This document shows, one piece after another, positions 27,604 to 36,531 of a stretch of DNA of 64,000 nucleotides. The stretch covers positions 1 through 64,000 of IMG/VR virus record IMGVR_UViG_3300042455_000321, one strand, 5' to 3'. The position numbers were made by a program, and so were the translations under genes. A model generated the notes under the pieces. The model made no database searches. It had not been told where the DNA came from and worked only from the letters and a program-made list of their open reading frames with translations. Position 1 is the first letter of the stretch. Every line of letters begins with the position of its first letter. The stretch is from a virus.

Positions 27604-28587
27604 ATGACAAAAAAACAAATCATTATTGAATTAAGACAAGAGTTCCCTAATACACCGGTTAGGCAATTCGCAAGGATAGTTTATAATAAAAATAAGCATC
27701 TATTTAATGATTGGAAAGGGTGCTATACTCAATGCTTAAAAGCTCTTGGTAAGGCTGGAGAAAAATCAAGAACGAACAATAAATCTGCCGAGCCATTAAA
27801 TCCAGAAAATCCATACCAATTCCCTAAAAGCGAAGCAGTAGAGAATATCCCTATTAAACTACCTTTGGCTAATAACAACATTCTTGTTATATCCGATATT
27901 CATGTTCCTTACCACGATATCCAGGCGTTAACTTGTGCTTTTAATTATGGCCGAGATAAGAAAGTAAATACCATTGTAATAAATGGGGACTTAATTGACT
28001 TCTATCAAATTAGTCGCTTCCTTAAAGACCCAAGAAAAAAGAGCTTGGCTTACGAGATAGATGTTTGCAAAAACTTTTTACAAGTATTAAGAGCTACATT
28101 CCCTACTCAAGATATTTACTGGATGCTTGGCAACCACGATGTTCGCTTCAACCATTGGATGATGGCTAAAGCTCCGGAATTATTAGATATAGCTAATGCT
28201 TCATTGGAGTCAATACTTGGCTTAAATGAGCTAAAAATACGTTTAATTGAGGACACTAAATTGGTTAAGGCCGGAAAGTTATTTATTCATCATGGACACT
28301 TATTGATGAGAGGTGCTTTCAGTCCGGTAAATGCTGCTCGTGGAGCTTATGTAAAGGCCAAACAAAGTATCTTAATTGGGCACGTTCACAAAGTAAGTGA
28401 ACATACAGAAACAAATTTAAGTGGAGATATTACTACAACTTGGAGTACCGGTTGCTTATGTGAGTTAAATCCAGATTATGTCCCATTTGCTAATAATTAT
28501 TCGCACGGATTTGCACATATTTTAGTTGATAGCAATGGGAATTTCAAAGTTGAAAATAAAAGGATTTTTAAAGGGGAAATTTTGTAA
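27604..28587 (+). CDS. Calcineurin-like metallophosphoesterase
   Basis: SDIHVP, NGDLID, GNHD, HGH, GHVH. Confidence 0.92.
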   Translation: MTKKQIIIELRQEFPNTPVRQFARIVYNKNKHLFNDWKGCYTQCLKALGKAGEKSRTNNKSAEPLNPENPYQFPKSEAVENIPIKLPLANNNILVISDIHVPYHDIQALTCAFNYGRDKKVNTIVINGDLIDFYQISRFLKDPRKKSLAYEIDVCKNFLQVLRATFPTQDIYWMLGNHDVRFNHWMMAKAPELLDIANASLESILGLNELKIRLIEDTKLVKAGKLFIHHGHLLMRGAFSPVNAARGAYVKAKQSILIGHVHKVSEHTETNLSGDITTTWSTGCLCELNPDYVPFANNYSHGFAHILVDSNGNFKVENKRIFKGEIL

Positions 28588-28595
28588 ATTTATAT

Positions 28596-29204
28596 ATGGC
28601 ATATTTATATAGACATATAAGATTGGACAAAAACGAGCCATTTTATATTGGCATTGGTAGTGATTTGCATTATAAAAGAGCTTATCAAACAAAAAGTAGA
28701 AATAAGCATTGGCATAATATTGTTTCTAAAACTGAATATGATATTGAAATTTTAATAGATAATATAACTTGGGAAGAGGCTTGTAAAAAAGAAGTTGAGT
28801 TTATTAAACTATATGGAAGAAAAGATTTGAATTCTGGTATATTAACTAATTTAACAGATGGTGGAGAGGGTACAATAAATGTTATTGTAAATGAAACTAC
28901 AAGGAATTTAATTGGTATCAAAAGTAGAAATTTAATTAGAACTCAAAATCATTGTAACAATATTAGTAAAGCTAAAAAAGGAAAGCAATTTAGCGAAGAT
29001 CATAAGAAAAAATTATCAATGGCAAGAAAAGGATTAACTGCTGAAAAAGTGCATAATTCAGTACTTGTATTAAATGCAACAACTGGTATATTTTATTATT
29101 CAATAAATGAAGCTGCAAAATCACAAAATGTAAATCCTGCAACATTAAGAGAAAAGTTAAGAGGTATTAGTAAAGTAAATAATAGTAATTTTATAATTGT
29201 TTAG
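28596..29204 (+). CDS. GIY-YIG-like homing endonuclease with NUMOD3, paralog of 14068-14667
   Basis: MAYLYRHIRLDKNEPFYIGIG, NLTDGGEG, SEDHKKKLS. Confidence 0.85.
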   Translation: MAYLYRHIRLDKNEPFYIGIGSDLHYKRAYQTKSRNKHWHNIVSKTEYDIEILIDNITWEEACKKEVEFIKLYGRKDLNSGILTNLTDGGEGTINVIVNETTRNLIGIKSRNLIRTQNHCNNISKAKKGKQFSEDHKKKLSMARKGLTAEKVHNSVLVLNATTGIFYYSINEAAKSQNVNPATLREKLRGISKVNNSNFIIV

Positions 29205-29206
29205 TC

Positions 29207-29440
29207 ATGGCTGAAGAATTAGAGGATCAAATCAACGAGGAAGAGGAAATCCAATGGGTAGTAGATGAAACTACTGCTTCCGAATACATAAACACATTCT
29301 GTTATGCTCTTGCTACAATGGAGCAGCTTAATGTAATGACAAAAGATGATAGAGAAGTTATAGATAATATCAAAGCTAAATCATTACGCATAGTTGAGAA
29401 ATTTGTTAATGAAACTTACTTTGAGCTCTTTGATGATTAA
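29207..29440 (+). CDS. Acidic hypothetical protein
   Basis: Last ORF before non-coding control region. Confidence 0.6.
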   Translation: MAEELEDQINEEEEIQWVVDETTASEYINTFCYALATMEQLNVMTKDDREVIDNIKAKSLRIVEKFVNETYFELFDD

Positions 29441-29507
29441 CAAATAAGAGCAATTGCATATGATAATGCAATTTTAAATATAATTTATATCCAAAAGAAT
29501 ATAGAAT

Positions 29508-29539
29508 TCCTAACTGCACCAGCTTTTAGGACTTTTTTT
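29508..29539 (+). terminator. Possible terminator ending the late operon
   Basis: TCCTAA/TTAGGA stem with long loop, T7. Confidence 0.4.
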
Positions 29540-29644
29540 GTCACTATTCTACAAATAATTGCATGAATTTTCCCAAAAGTTAGTGTTATAAACCATTAAT
29601 TTACAATAAGTTAGAAAATAATTAAAAATAATTCACAAAAAATG

Positions 29645-29675
29645 TTTGTTATTTTGAATAGTTTATTTATCTTTG
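29645..29675 (+). promoter_or_regulatory. Canonical Bacteroidota promoter (early region of phage A)
   Basis: TTTG-19nt-TATCTTTG. Confidence 0.8.
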
Positions 29676-29715
29676 CTATACCAAAGCAATGATGCAGAGG
29701 TTAAAACTTTAAACT

Positions 29716-29928
29716 ATGAACATCAACAAAAAACTTTTTAATGAAATGAAAGAATATTTATTAGATGGTGGCATCATGCAAAATGATGTTGCTGGATATC
29801 AAATATTAATTAGAAAGCAAGATGGAATAAAAATTTTTTACGATAGCATTAAAGACAAGTATAGACAGTTTAAAAATGAAGATGCTTTTTTTAGAGCAGC
29901 ATATAGAACTTATCAAAGAGGTTATTAA
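29716..29928 (+). CDS. Early hypothetical protein
   Basis: AACTATG start. Confidence 0.65.
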   Translation: MNINKKLFNEMKEYLLDGGIMQNDVAGYQILIRKQDGIKIFYDSIKDKYRQFKNEDAFFRAAYRTYQRGY

Positions 29929-29987
29929 TTATAACAACCTCACGATGTATAGGCAAATCGTATATTCTTAACTTTAAAAAAACAACT

Positions 29988-30131
29988 ATGAACAAATTAA
30001 CTATCCTTTCAACATTCCTTTCAGTAGGTTTAATTCAAAACGATTATGTATTGTATGGTTGCACTTTAGTTTGTGTTACTATTTTAGCAGCTTTATTTAT
30101 TAACGCTTATAAAAACGAGAACAATGGATAA
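29988..30131 (+). CDS. 47-aa membrane peptide (not in ORF track)
   Basis: AACTATG start, hydrophobic. Confidence 0.6.
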   Translation: MNKLTILSTFLSVGLIQNDYVLYGCTLVCVTILAALFINAYKNENNG

Positions 30132-30360
30132 TTTAACTAACTGGCTCGTAGAAACTAAACCAACAAACAAATATTTAGCTTGGTTGTTATTAACTCTTTT
30201 AAGAGATACAGACACTATCAATCCGATACATAAAAAGTGGGTTTATAAAACTGCAATAGATTATTTAAGATTGCCTAATAAACCTTACTCGGATAGAAAC
30301 CATGACTGGCATCAAGATTGTATTAAATTAATAAACGCTTATCGCAACTCAATCAAATAA
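30124..30360 (+). CDS. Early hypothetical protein
   Basis: Coupled ORF. Confidence 0.6.
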   Translation: MDNLTNWLVETKPTNKYLAWLLLTLLRDTDTINPIHKKWVYKTAIDYLRLPNKPYSDRNHDWHQDCIKLINAYRNSIK

Positions 30361-30362
30361 CT

Positions 30363-30611
30363 ATGTACACTAAAACACAATTAACACCAAAAGAGCAACA
30401 AGCTGCATTTGACCATGCAAAAACTATAATACACCTTTTAATGCAAAGTGAAAAATTAAGAACTTCATTAACTTTTGAACAAGCTAAAGAATGTGCGAAA
30501 TGGATAACATTAGAAATAATGGAAGAATTAGAGGAAAACTTTGACAATAAAAAAGGGAATAAGAGATATGATTATTTTGCAGAAGTAGATAAATATATTG
30601 ATTGCTTTTAA
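30363..30611 (+). CDS. Early hypothetical protein
   Basis: AACTATG start. Confidence 0.65.
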   Translation: MYTKTQLTPKEQQAAFDHAKTIIHLLMQSEKLRTSLTFEQAKECAKWITLEIMEELEENFDNKKGNKRYDYFAEVDKYIDCF

Positions 30612-30622
30612 ATTAAAAAACT

Positions 30623-30892
30623 ATGTACACTAAAGAACAACTACACAAAGATTTATTAAAAGATTTAAGAGCTCATGACTATTCCTATATGTATAGCGAA
30701 TCGGAAGAGGTATGGTTAAAAGCAAAGCAAACAAGATTTGATATACAATTCCGTATTCTTAACTTGGTTATAATGCATAACTATAACAGAGAGCACTTGC
30801 TTAACGAATGCTTGGGCTTATTTACTCCTCAATATTTAGAGGGGTTAGCACATAGAGAAATCAATAAATTCTTTAACATTTTAAACCAATAA
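30623..30892 (+). CDS. Early hypothetical protein
   Basis: AACTATG start; L..HD..Y.YS motif. Confidence 0.65.
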   Translation: MYTKEQLHKDLLKDLRAHDYSYMYSESEEVWLKAKQTRFDIQFRILNLVIMHNYNREHLLNECLGLFTPQYLEGLAHREINKFFNILNQ

Positions 30893-30894
30893 CT

Positions 30895-31110
30895 ATGCAA
30901 CAAATTACCTACAAAGGCTTTCCAGTAACTTTTAATGCTTACTACCAGCCAGAAGAAAAACAAACACTTGAGCATCCAGGTATTCAAGCTCATTATATTA
31001 TTGAGGAATTAGCTATATTTGGTATTGACCCTTATGAATTATTAGGGGATAGAAGATACAATTTACTTATAGCTGAAATTAATGACCTTTTAATGAATGA
31101 CAATGGATAG
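30895..31110 (+). CDS. Early hypothetical protein
   Basis: AACTATG start; P.E.QT.EHPG motif. Confidence 0.65.
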   Translation: MQQITYKGFPVTFNAYYQPEEKQTLEHPGIQAHYIIEELAIFGIDPYELLGDRRYNLLIAEINDLLMNDNG

Positions 31111-31300
31111 AAGATTATCACGATTAGAGGAAATAGCTACAATATTTGAAGCATCTCTAAAATCCGAAGAAATAGACAATATGCTACACGATTTTTATGT
31201 AGATTTGAAATTAAAATGTAAACAAGAAAATATTAAACTATCCATTTATTATGCAGACAACACCGAAGGAGTTAAAATTGAAGAACCACGAGTTAATTAA
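31097..31300 (+). CDS. Early hypothetical protein
   Basis: Overlapping chain of ORFs. Confidence 0.55.
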   Translation: MTMDRRLSRLEEIATIFEASLKSEEIDNMLHDFYVDLKLKCKQENIKLSIYYADNTEGVKIEEPRVN

Positions 31301-31598
31301 ACTTAAAGCTCAAATTAAAGAATTAAGAAACAATTTAAAGGCTAACAAAGACCAGGTTATTAAAACTGCAATCATGGGAGTTTGTAAGGACTATAAAATA
31401 AGCTACGAAGATATGATGAGTGGAAGCAGAAGAAGAACAGTAGTATTGCCGAGAATGGTTTTAATGTATAAACTATATCAAACCGGCTTCACAATGACCG
31501 AAGTAGGTGCTATATTCAACCGAGATCATACTACTGTTTTAAACGCTATTAGGAAGATTGAAGCACAAAAAGACCTTTATGATGATATTATTTTATAA
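31251..31598 (+). CDS. DnaA C-terminal HTH domain protein
   Basis: SRRR.VV.PR...MY, TEVGAIFNRDHTTVLNAIRKI. Confidence 0.9.
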   Translation: MQTTPKELKLKNHELIKLKAQIKELRNNLKANKDQVIKTAIMGVCKDYKISYEDMMSGSRRRTVVLPRMVLMYKLYQTGFTMTEVGAIFNRDHTTVLNAIRKIEAQKDLYDDIIL

Positions 31599-31604
31599 AC
31601 AAAT

Positions 31605-31635
31605 TTTGTTAATTAAAAAACTTTACTTATTTTTG
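31605..31635 (+). promoter_or_regulatory. Bacteroidota promoter for recombination operon
   Basis: TTTG-19nt-TATTTTTG. Confidence 0.7.
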
Positions 31636-31674
31636 TAAAACTTCTGGCAGGAGTTATAAAAGCCAACTACAACT

Positions 31675-32214
31675 ATGAACAAATTATCAAAAATTCAGTT
31701 TGAACTGAAAGCCCCAAAAAACCAATTTAATAATTTTGGTAATTACAAGTACAGAAACTGCGAGGATATTCTTGAAGCAGTTAAGCCATTATTAGCTAAG
31801 CATGAATGTACTTTAACTTTGTCCGATGAAATAAAAGAAATTGGTGGTATTATTTATGTAGAAGCTGAAGCACTATTAATTGATTTAGAAACTTCATCTT
31901 CATATAAAGTAACTGCATGTGCCGGTATTGATCCTAATAAAAGAGGAATGGATATTGCACAAAGTTTCGGAGCATCATCTTCTTACGCTCGTAAATATGC
32001 CTTAAATGGTTTATTCCTTATTGATGATACTAAAGATGCAGATGCTACTAACACTCATGGCAAAGATGAGCCAGTAGGTATTGATGCTGAATTAGTTAAT
32101 AAACTTGCTAAATGTAAGGATATTACAGAATTGCAAATGCTATACTCTACAAAAGAAGATTGGAGTAATGCAGAGAAAACTTTATTTACTAATCGCAAAA
32201 AATCTTTAAAATAA
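31675..32214 (+). CDS. erf: ERF-family ssDNA annealing protein
   Basis: LKAPKNQ.N.FG.YKYR.CEDIL, Q..GASSSYARKYALNGLF.IDD..DAD. Confidence 0.92.
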   Translation: MNKLSKIQFELKAPKNQFNNFGNYKYRNCEDILEAVKPLLAKHECTLTLSDEIKEIGGIIYVEAEALLIDLETSSSYKVTACAGIDPNKRGMDIAQSFGASSSYARKYALNGLFLIDDTKDADATNTHGKDEPVGIDAELVNKLAKCKDITELQMLYSTKEDWSNAEKTLFTNRKKSLK

Positions 32215-32852
32215 TGTTTGAACAAGACAATTGGATGAGCAGTAGGCTGGGAAAGTTTACTGCTTCCGAAATAGGAAACTTACTTACAGAAAGTAAAAAG
32301 AAAGATGAGGTATTTGGTGCAACTGCTAAAACCTACATTCATAGAAAAATACACGAGATATTAAGTGGCGAAGTTAAGCAGCTTCCTCAAATGAGTTCAC
32401 TTGAATGGGGGAAATCTTTAGAGAACGAAGCTATATTAGTTTACGAAGCTCAAACCGGTTATAAAGTAGAAAACTTGGGTGGGGCTAATCCTAAATTCTT
32501 TGAATTTGGCGAAAGAGCCGGAGGCAGTCCAGACGGATTGATTGAAAGCGACAAAGGTCAAGGGGTGTTAGAAGTTAAATGTCCATATACCGGAGAAACT
32601 ATGATTGATTACTTGTTATTTAATTCTGGTGCTGATTTACTTGCTTATAATAAGAATTACTATGCTCAAGTACAGTTTAACATGGTATGCACAAACACAA
32701 ATTGGGCGAATTGGGTTGCTTATGATCCGAGAATAAATATGCTTAAAATAGTGCATATTGATAGAGATAATGATTTCTGCGAGAAGCTAATTGAAAAGGT
32801 AGAACTTGCTACAATCTATGTAAATAACATTTTAAATATAATCAATGGGTAA
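32214..32852 (+). CDS. YqaJ/lambda-exonuclease family protein
   Basis: RLGKFTASE, WG...E..A, GGSPDGL, LEVKCP, YYAQVQ. Confidence 0.92.
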   Translation: MFEQDNWMSSRLGKFTASEIGNLLTESKKKDEVFGATAKTYIHRKIHEILSGEVKQLPQMSSLEWGKSLENEAILVYEAQTGYKVENLGGANPKFFEFGERAGGSPDGLIESDKGQGVLEVKCPYTGETMIDYLLFNSGADLLAYNKNYYAQVQFNMVCTNTNWANWVAYDPRINMLKIVHIDRDNDFCEKLIEKVELATIYVNNILNIING

Positions 32853-33201
32853 CTATAAAATAACTCCTCCGGTCGGAACTTTGCACGTTTACGTTGATGG
32901 CAGATTGGTCAAAAGCAAAGTACATAATACAAGATACAATCGCGAATGCTATGCAACTGGCATGATTGTTAAATATACAGATAGCATTATAGATTTCGTT
33001 TTTAACGATGGCATAAGAGAAATACACATGTTTACTTATGATCCTAAAGCAGCCATAATAAAACGAGTTCACGAAATACCGAGCTATTTTAAAGATGGCA
33101 TTGAATATTTTGATGACGCTAAATTCTGCCAATGGTATAATCTTGGAGATGCAATACCTAATAAATTAATCTTACAACCAGCTTCACTTTCACTAAAATA
33201 A
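32845..33201 (+). CDS. Hypothetical protein
   Basis: Coupled ORF. Confidence 0.6.
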   Translation: MGNYKITPPVGTLHVYVDGRLVKSKVHNTRYNRECYATGMIVKYTDSIIDFVFNDGIREIHMFTYDPKAAIIKRVHEIPSYFKDGIEYFDDAKFCQWYNLGDAIPNKLILQPASLSLK

Positions 33202-33207
33202 ATAACT

Positions 33208-33333
33208 ATGAAACAAGAAATTAAAAAATGGATTACATCTTTATTATTAAAATGGGCATTTGATATTTGCCCAGAAGGAAAATTTAAAACTAAATTTGCT
33301 TTGTTTATTCAAAGTGATATTATGAACCTTTAA
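33208..33333 (+). CDS. 41-aa hypothetical protein (not in ORF track)
   Basis: AACTATG start; stop lies within linker repeat. Confidence 0.6.
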   Translation: MKQEIKKWITSLLLKWAFDICPEGKFKTKFALFIQSDIMNL

Positions 33334-33349
33334 AAACAAATAAACTATG
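33325..33349 (+). repeat. Intergenic linker repeat
   Basis: Identical to 157-181. Confidence 0.9.
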
Positions 33350-33541
33350 GAAAAAAGATTTATAGTAAGAGATTTTAAAACTAAACATTTAATTGATTAT
33401 TCTGGATATATACTTGATGATGATGATGATGTATATGTATTCGATTTATATGCTGAATTTGATACTATTGAAGATGCAGAAAGATTTATTGATGGTCAAG
33501 AGGGTACATTTCAAATAGAAGCAATATATATTTCTCATTAA
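33347..33541 (+). CDS. 64-aa acidic protein shared by phages A and B
   Basis: Contains the 159-bp repeat; FDTIEDAERFI motif. Confidence 0.8.
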   Translation: MEKRFIVRDFKTKHLIDYSGYILDDDDDVYVFDLYAEFDTIEDAERFIDGQEGTFQIEAIYISH

Positions 33542-33542
33542 C
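33384..33542 (+). repeat. Direct repeat copy 2
   Basis: 158/159 identical to 1-159. Confidence 0.97.
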
Positions 33543-33550
33543 TTTTAACT

Positions 33551-33703
33551 ATGACAGAAATAATAATTTTTGCAGCTGTAATGCTTCTAACTTTACCTTT
33601 GATGTTGTGTATTTTTTGGTGGCTTTATACTGATAAAGAACAAGATGAAATTGACAATGAAATTCTTAACTCATTTATTGATGAATGTTTTAAAAACAAA
33701 TAA
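33551..33703 (+). CDS. 50-aa membrane peptide (not in ORF track)
   Basis: AACTATG start, N-terminal TM, ends FKNK* within linker. Confidence 0.6.
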   Translation: MTEIIIFAAVMLLTLPLMLCIFWWLYTDKEQDEIDNEILNSFIDECFKNK

Positions 33704-33712
33704 ACTATGACA
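33689..33712 (+). repeat. Intergenic linker repeat (phage B side)
   Basis: TTTAAAAACAAATAAACTATGACA identical to 161-184. Confidence 0.88.
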
Positions 33713-33952
33713 GGGATAAATTACTTAAGTCAATTATCAAGCAATATGCAACAACATTGGCTACGAGAGGTAGCTGAATTAGATAACCCTATATCGTATC
33801 TTACTTCTGATTACGATGAATTTGAACACTTCTTAGGCATCTTTGATTGGTCAGATTCTATTATGGGTTACTCATTCTGGTCAGGGTTTTATAATAAGAT
33901 TGTTAACGAGGCTAACTTAGAGATAGCATTAAACAAATATGAAAATGGCTAA
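33707..33952 (+). CDS. Hypothetical protein
   Basis: F.W..S..G..FW motif. Confidence 0.65.
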   Translation: MTGINYLSQLSSNMQQHWLREVAELDNPISYLTSDYDEFEHFLGIFDWSDSIMGYSFWSGFYNKIVNEANLEIALNKYENG

Positions 33953-34262
33953 CCCAATAACTAAAATCAAAGCAGTAAAGGATTTCGTACAAGATATCCT
34001 AAATGATTATCCTCAAGCAAGAGAGAGTGATAACTATCTATCTGCTGTTGTATGGCACAAACAAGTAAGGGCTACAACACAAGGTGATGTAACCTTTGAG
34101 AACTTCTTAACTATGTATAGCAATGGGTTGTTAGCATCGTCTGATAGTATAACAAGGGCTGCTCGTAAGTTAAAAGAAACTAACCCTAAATATAGGGGTA
34201 AGAACTATGACAACAGAAAACAATTAGAAGTAGAAACAAGAATGAATATTAATAAACTTTAA
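33939..34262 (+). CDS. Hypothetical DNA-binding-like protein
   Basis: L..YP.AR.SD..L...VW, SITRA.RKL.E..P.YRG. Confidence 0.6.
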   Translation: MKMANPITKIKAVKDFVQDILNDYPQARESDNYLSAVVWHKQVRATTQGDVTFENFLTMYSNGLLASSDSITRAARKLKETNPKYRGKNYDNRKQLEVETRMNINKL

Positions 34263-34272
34263 AACTAAACAA

Positions 34273-34524
34273 ATGGCAAAGAAAAGAAAAGTATTTGAGA
34301 TTGATGCAGAAAACATTATGCTTCAGAAATTATCTGACTTCAAAGAGGAGCTATATGAGAGAGTACCTACTGATATCTATGAACTTATAAAGCATGATAC
34401 TATAAATAGTCTTATTGAACTATGCTACAAAGCAGGGTTTCAAGATGGGGCTATAGATATAGGAGAGATGATACAAGACATTATTAAAGGAGAGGTTGAA
34501 GGACCTAACGTAAACCCTAATTAA
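34273..34524 (+). CDS. Hypothetical protein
   Basis: ORF in co-directional chain. Confidence 0.6.
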   Translation: MAKKRKVFEIDAENIMLQKLSDFKEELYERVPTDIYELIKHDTINSLIELCYKAGFQDGAIDIGEMIQDIIKGEVEGPNVNPN

Positions 34525-34525
34525 T

Positions 34526-34735
34526 ATGAGACAACTAATATACTGGGAAGTAGAACACCTACTCAAAATGGCTAATATATCTAACCCTGAGGTAACCCAT
34601 AGAATAACAGATAACATCTGTAAGATAGCCAAAGAACACTACGAAGGCAAAGAAGATGAGTCTAATGTAGTAAGAAAGGGTAGATGGTACGATAAGATTG
34701 TACCAAGATGGTTTGATAACGAAAGTAAATTCTAA
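34526..34735 (+). CDS. Hypothetical protein
   Basis: ORF in co-directional chain. Confidence 0.6.
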   Translation: MRQLIYWEVEHLLKMANISNPEVTHRITDNICKIAKEHYEGKEDESNVVRKGRWYDKIVPRWFDNESKF

Positions 34736-34737
34736 TT

Positions 34738-34929
34738 ATGAAAAAAATAACACAAACATTTTTAGTTTTATTATTCTCAATAATAGCATCACTTATTGTA
34801 CCTATATTTGGACATTGGTACTACAAACATACAGGTATCGAACCTATTGGATTTTATTTTATATCAGGATTTGGAGGTTTTGCATTTGCTTTATTTAGAA
34901 TTTTTCAAATATGGGACACTAAATTTTAA
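34738..34929 (+). CDS. Two-TM membrane protein
   Basis: Two hydrophobic segments. Confidence 0.6.
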   Translation: MKKITQTFLVLLFSIIASLIVPIFGHWYYKHTGIEPIGFYFISGFGGFAFALFRIFQIWDTKF

Positions 34930-34931
34930 CT

Positions 34932-35168
34932 ATGGAACTATACGTTAAGATACACGACGCAGAAATAATAGACAACAAGATTGTAATTAACAAGATAGTC
35001 ATTGTTGATGAGTCAGGAAAGATAATAAGAGAAGCACAAATGAATGATAAATTATTAGAATTACTAAAAGATATTCACACAAATACAAGATACCAAGAAA
35101 TTAAAAACTTATGGAAGAAAGAGTTTGGTGATGAGCCAAACCTTTCGTCCCTATTAACTATCAGATAA
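34932..35168 (+). CDS. Hypothetical protein
   Basis: AACTATG start. Confidence 0.6.
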   Translation: MELYVKIHDAEIIDNKIVINKIVIVDESGKIIREAQMNDKLLELLKDIHTNTRYQEIKNLWKKEFGDEPNLSSLLTIR

Positions 35169-35169
35169 T

Positions 35170-35181
35170 TAACGTATTATA
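35170..35181 (+). promoter_or_regulatory. Variant of phage B motif (TAACGTATTATA)
   Basis: Shares AACGTATTATA core with 43771, 54854, 61506. Confidence 0.5.
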
Positions 35182-35312
35182 ATATTGACATGAAAAATAC
35201 AATCATTGTCGAAATCCAAGTAATTAGTGACGTTAAGTTTGAAGAAGGTTGTGGATAAGTATTAACCTAATGGTTAAACAATGTGCATATCTTTGTTATA
35301 AACTTTAAAACT

Positions 35313-35687
35313 ATGGGCAGTAGACCTCAAAGAAAGAAAGAGTACGTACGCTTTAGTATGAACCCTGACAATTATAGAATTGTTTTGGGTGGCATTCTAT
35401 ACTTTGAAGTAGAATGTAATGATGAGTCTACCCCTGACTTAGGGCTAGAAGGTATAGAAGGGTTAGATAGTAAATGCTGGATGGATATGGCAATCAAAAT
35501 GGAATCTATCATAGCTATCAAACCAACTGGCTCATTAGAATCTGAAATCACCCATGGTAAAGCTTCAATAGTATTAGATAGTGGTCCTTGGGAAACTATA
35601 TCTACTAATATACCATACGAATATATGTGTGCTATATGGGAAGATTACCTAGCAGGACCAATTAAAACAATATATCGTGGGCAATAG
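35313..35687 (+). CDS. Hypothetical protein; start revised to 35313
   Basis: TATCTTTG at 35288-35295 then AAAACTATG. Confidence 0.6.
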   Translation: MGSRPQRKKEYVRFSMNPDNYRIVLGGILYFEVECNDESTPDLGLEGIEGLDSKCWMDMAIKMESIIAIKPTGSLESEITHGKASIVLDSGPWETISTNIPYEYMCAIWEDYLAGPIKTIYRGQ

Positions 35688-36531
35688 CTTCAAATCAATA
35701 TCTGTAAACCCTACTAACGTAGACTTTGACAATGATTACTCGTTGTCAATACTACTTAATGACCCTATCTTTAAAAGAAAGGCAGCCCAAATGAAGAATG
35801 AAGAAGCTATGGAGCTATTCAAACTTTATAAGTCAACAGGTGAGTTAAAGTATAGAGATAAGATTGTTGAGGGTTACATGAAGCTAATGCTATATGTTGC
35901 TATTAAGTATTGGCAACCTGGGTTTTTAGTAAGTGACTTATTACAAGAAGCCGTTATGGGTTTCATGTTAGGGATAGACAAGTATAACAATGAGAAGTAT
36001 TCAGAGTTTGGAAAGGCTAAGCTATCATCTTATTGCTTCTTCTATAGCAGGAAATACATAATAGACTTTATAGAAAAGAATAAATGTATAGTAAAGATTA
36101 CCTACTCACCGTTAAGAGCATCACAAAAACTTAAGAAGATGATGGACACAGCAGTAGCTGTAATGGAGTTGGACGAAAGAATGATACCTTTAGATGTTGT
36201 ATTAAAACAAAACGTAACTATGGAAATGGCAGCAGCACTCGGTGCACTATCTGCGACAACTGCAATCGTATCAACAAATAACCACGACGAGATAGACTTT
36301 GTATCCGATGGTGGTATATACTCTTATGAGATGTATAGCGTAACAGAATACGCTATTACATTTGAGCATATCAATACCCTTAATGAAAAGGCAAAAGACT
36401 TATTACTATCTAAGTATAACCTGATAGAACAGACGTTTGATGATATGTGTAGTAAACACAAAGTATCTACGTCAAGTGGCAACAAGTTTGTAAAAGAAAC
36501 TATAGCCCACTTAAAAAAATCTTTAAAATAA
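35677..36531 (+). CDS. Divergent sigma70-family (RpoD/RpoH-like) sigma factor
   Basis: RDKIVEGYMKL..YVA.KY, DLLQEAVMG...GIDKY, KLSSYC region 2; degenerate region 4. Confidence 0.8.
   Translation: MGNSFKSISVNPTNVDFDNDYSLSILLNDPIFKRKAAQMKNEEAMELFKLYKSTGELKYRDKIVEGYMKLMLYVAIKYWQPGFLVSDLLQEAVMGFMLGIDKYNNEKYSEFGKAKLSSYCFFYSRKYIIDFIEKNKCIVKITYSPLRASQKLKKMMDTAVAVMELDERMIPLDVVLKQNVTMEMAAALGALSATTAIVSTNNHDEIDFVSDGGIYSYEMYSVTEYAITFEHINTLNEKAKDLLLSKYNLIEQTFDDMCSKHKVSTSSGNKFVKETIAHLKKSLK

Larger units (their letters stand above)
1..33383 (+). mobile_element. Phage A: apparently complete circular ~33.4 kb siphovirus-like phage of Bacteroidota
   Basis: Full set of packaging, head, tail, lysis, replication and recombination genes on one strand. 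Sequence closes on itself at the repeat 1-159 / 33384-33542. TAnnTTTG host-type promoters and SD-less AACTATG starts point to a Bacteroidota host. Confidence 0.85.

Noticed and set aside
1-33542. Prophage with attL/attR
   Set aside because: No integrase or repressor seen, the flank is another phage rather than a host, and the repeat is a coding gene with a k-mer-like boundary.
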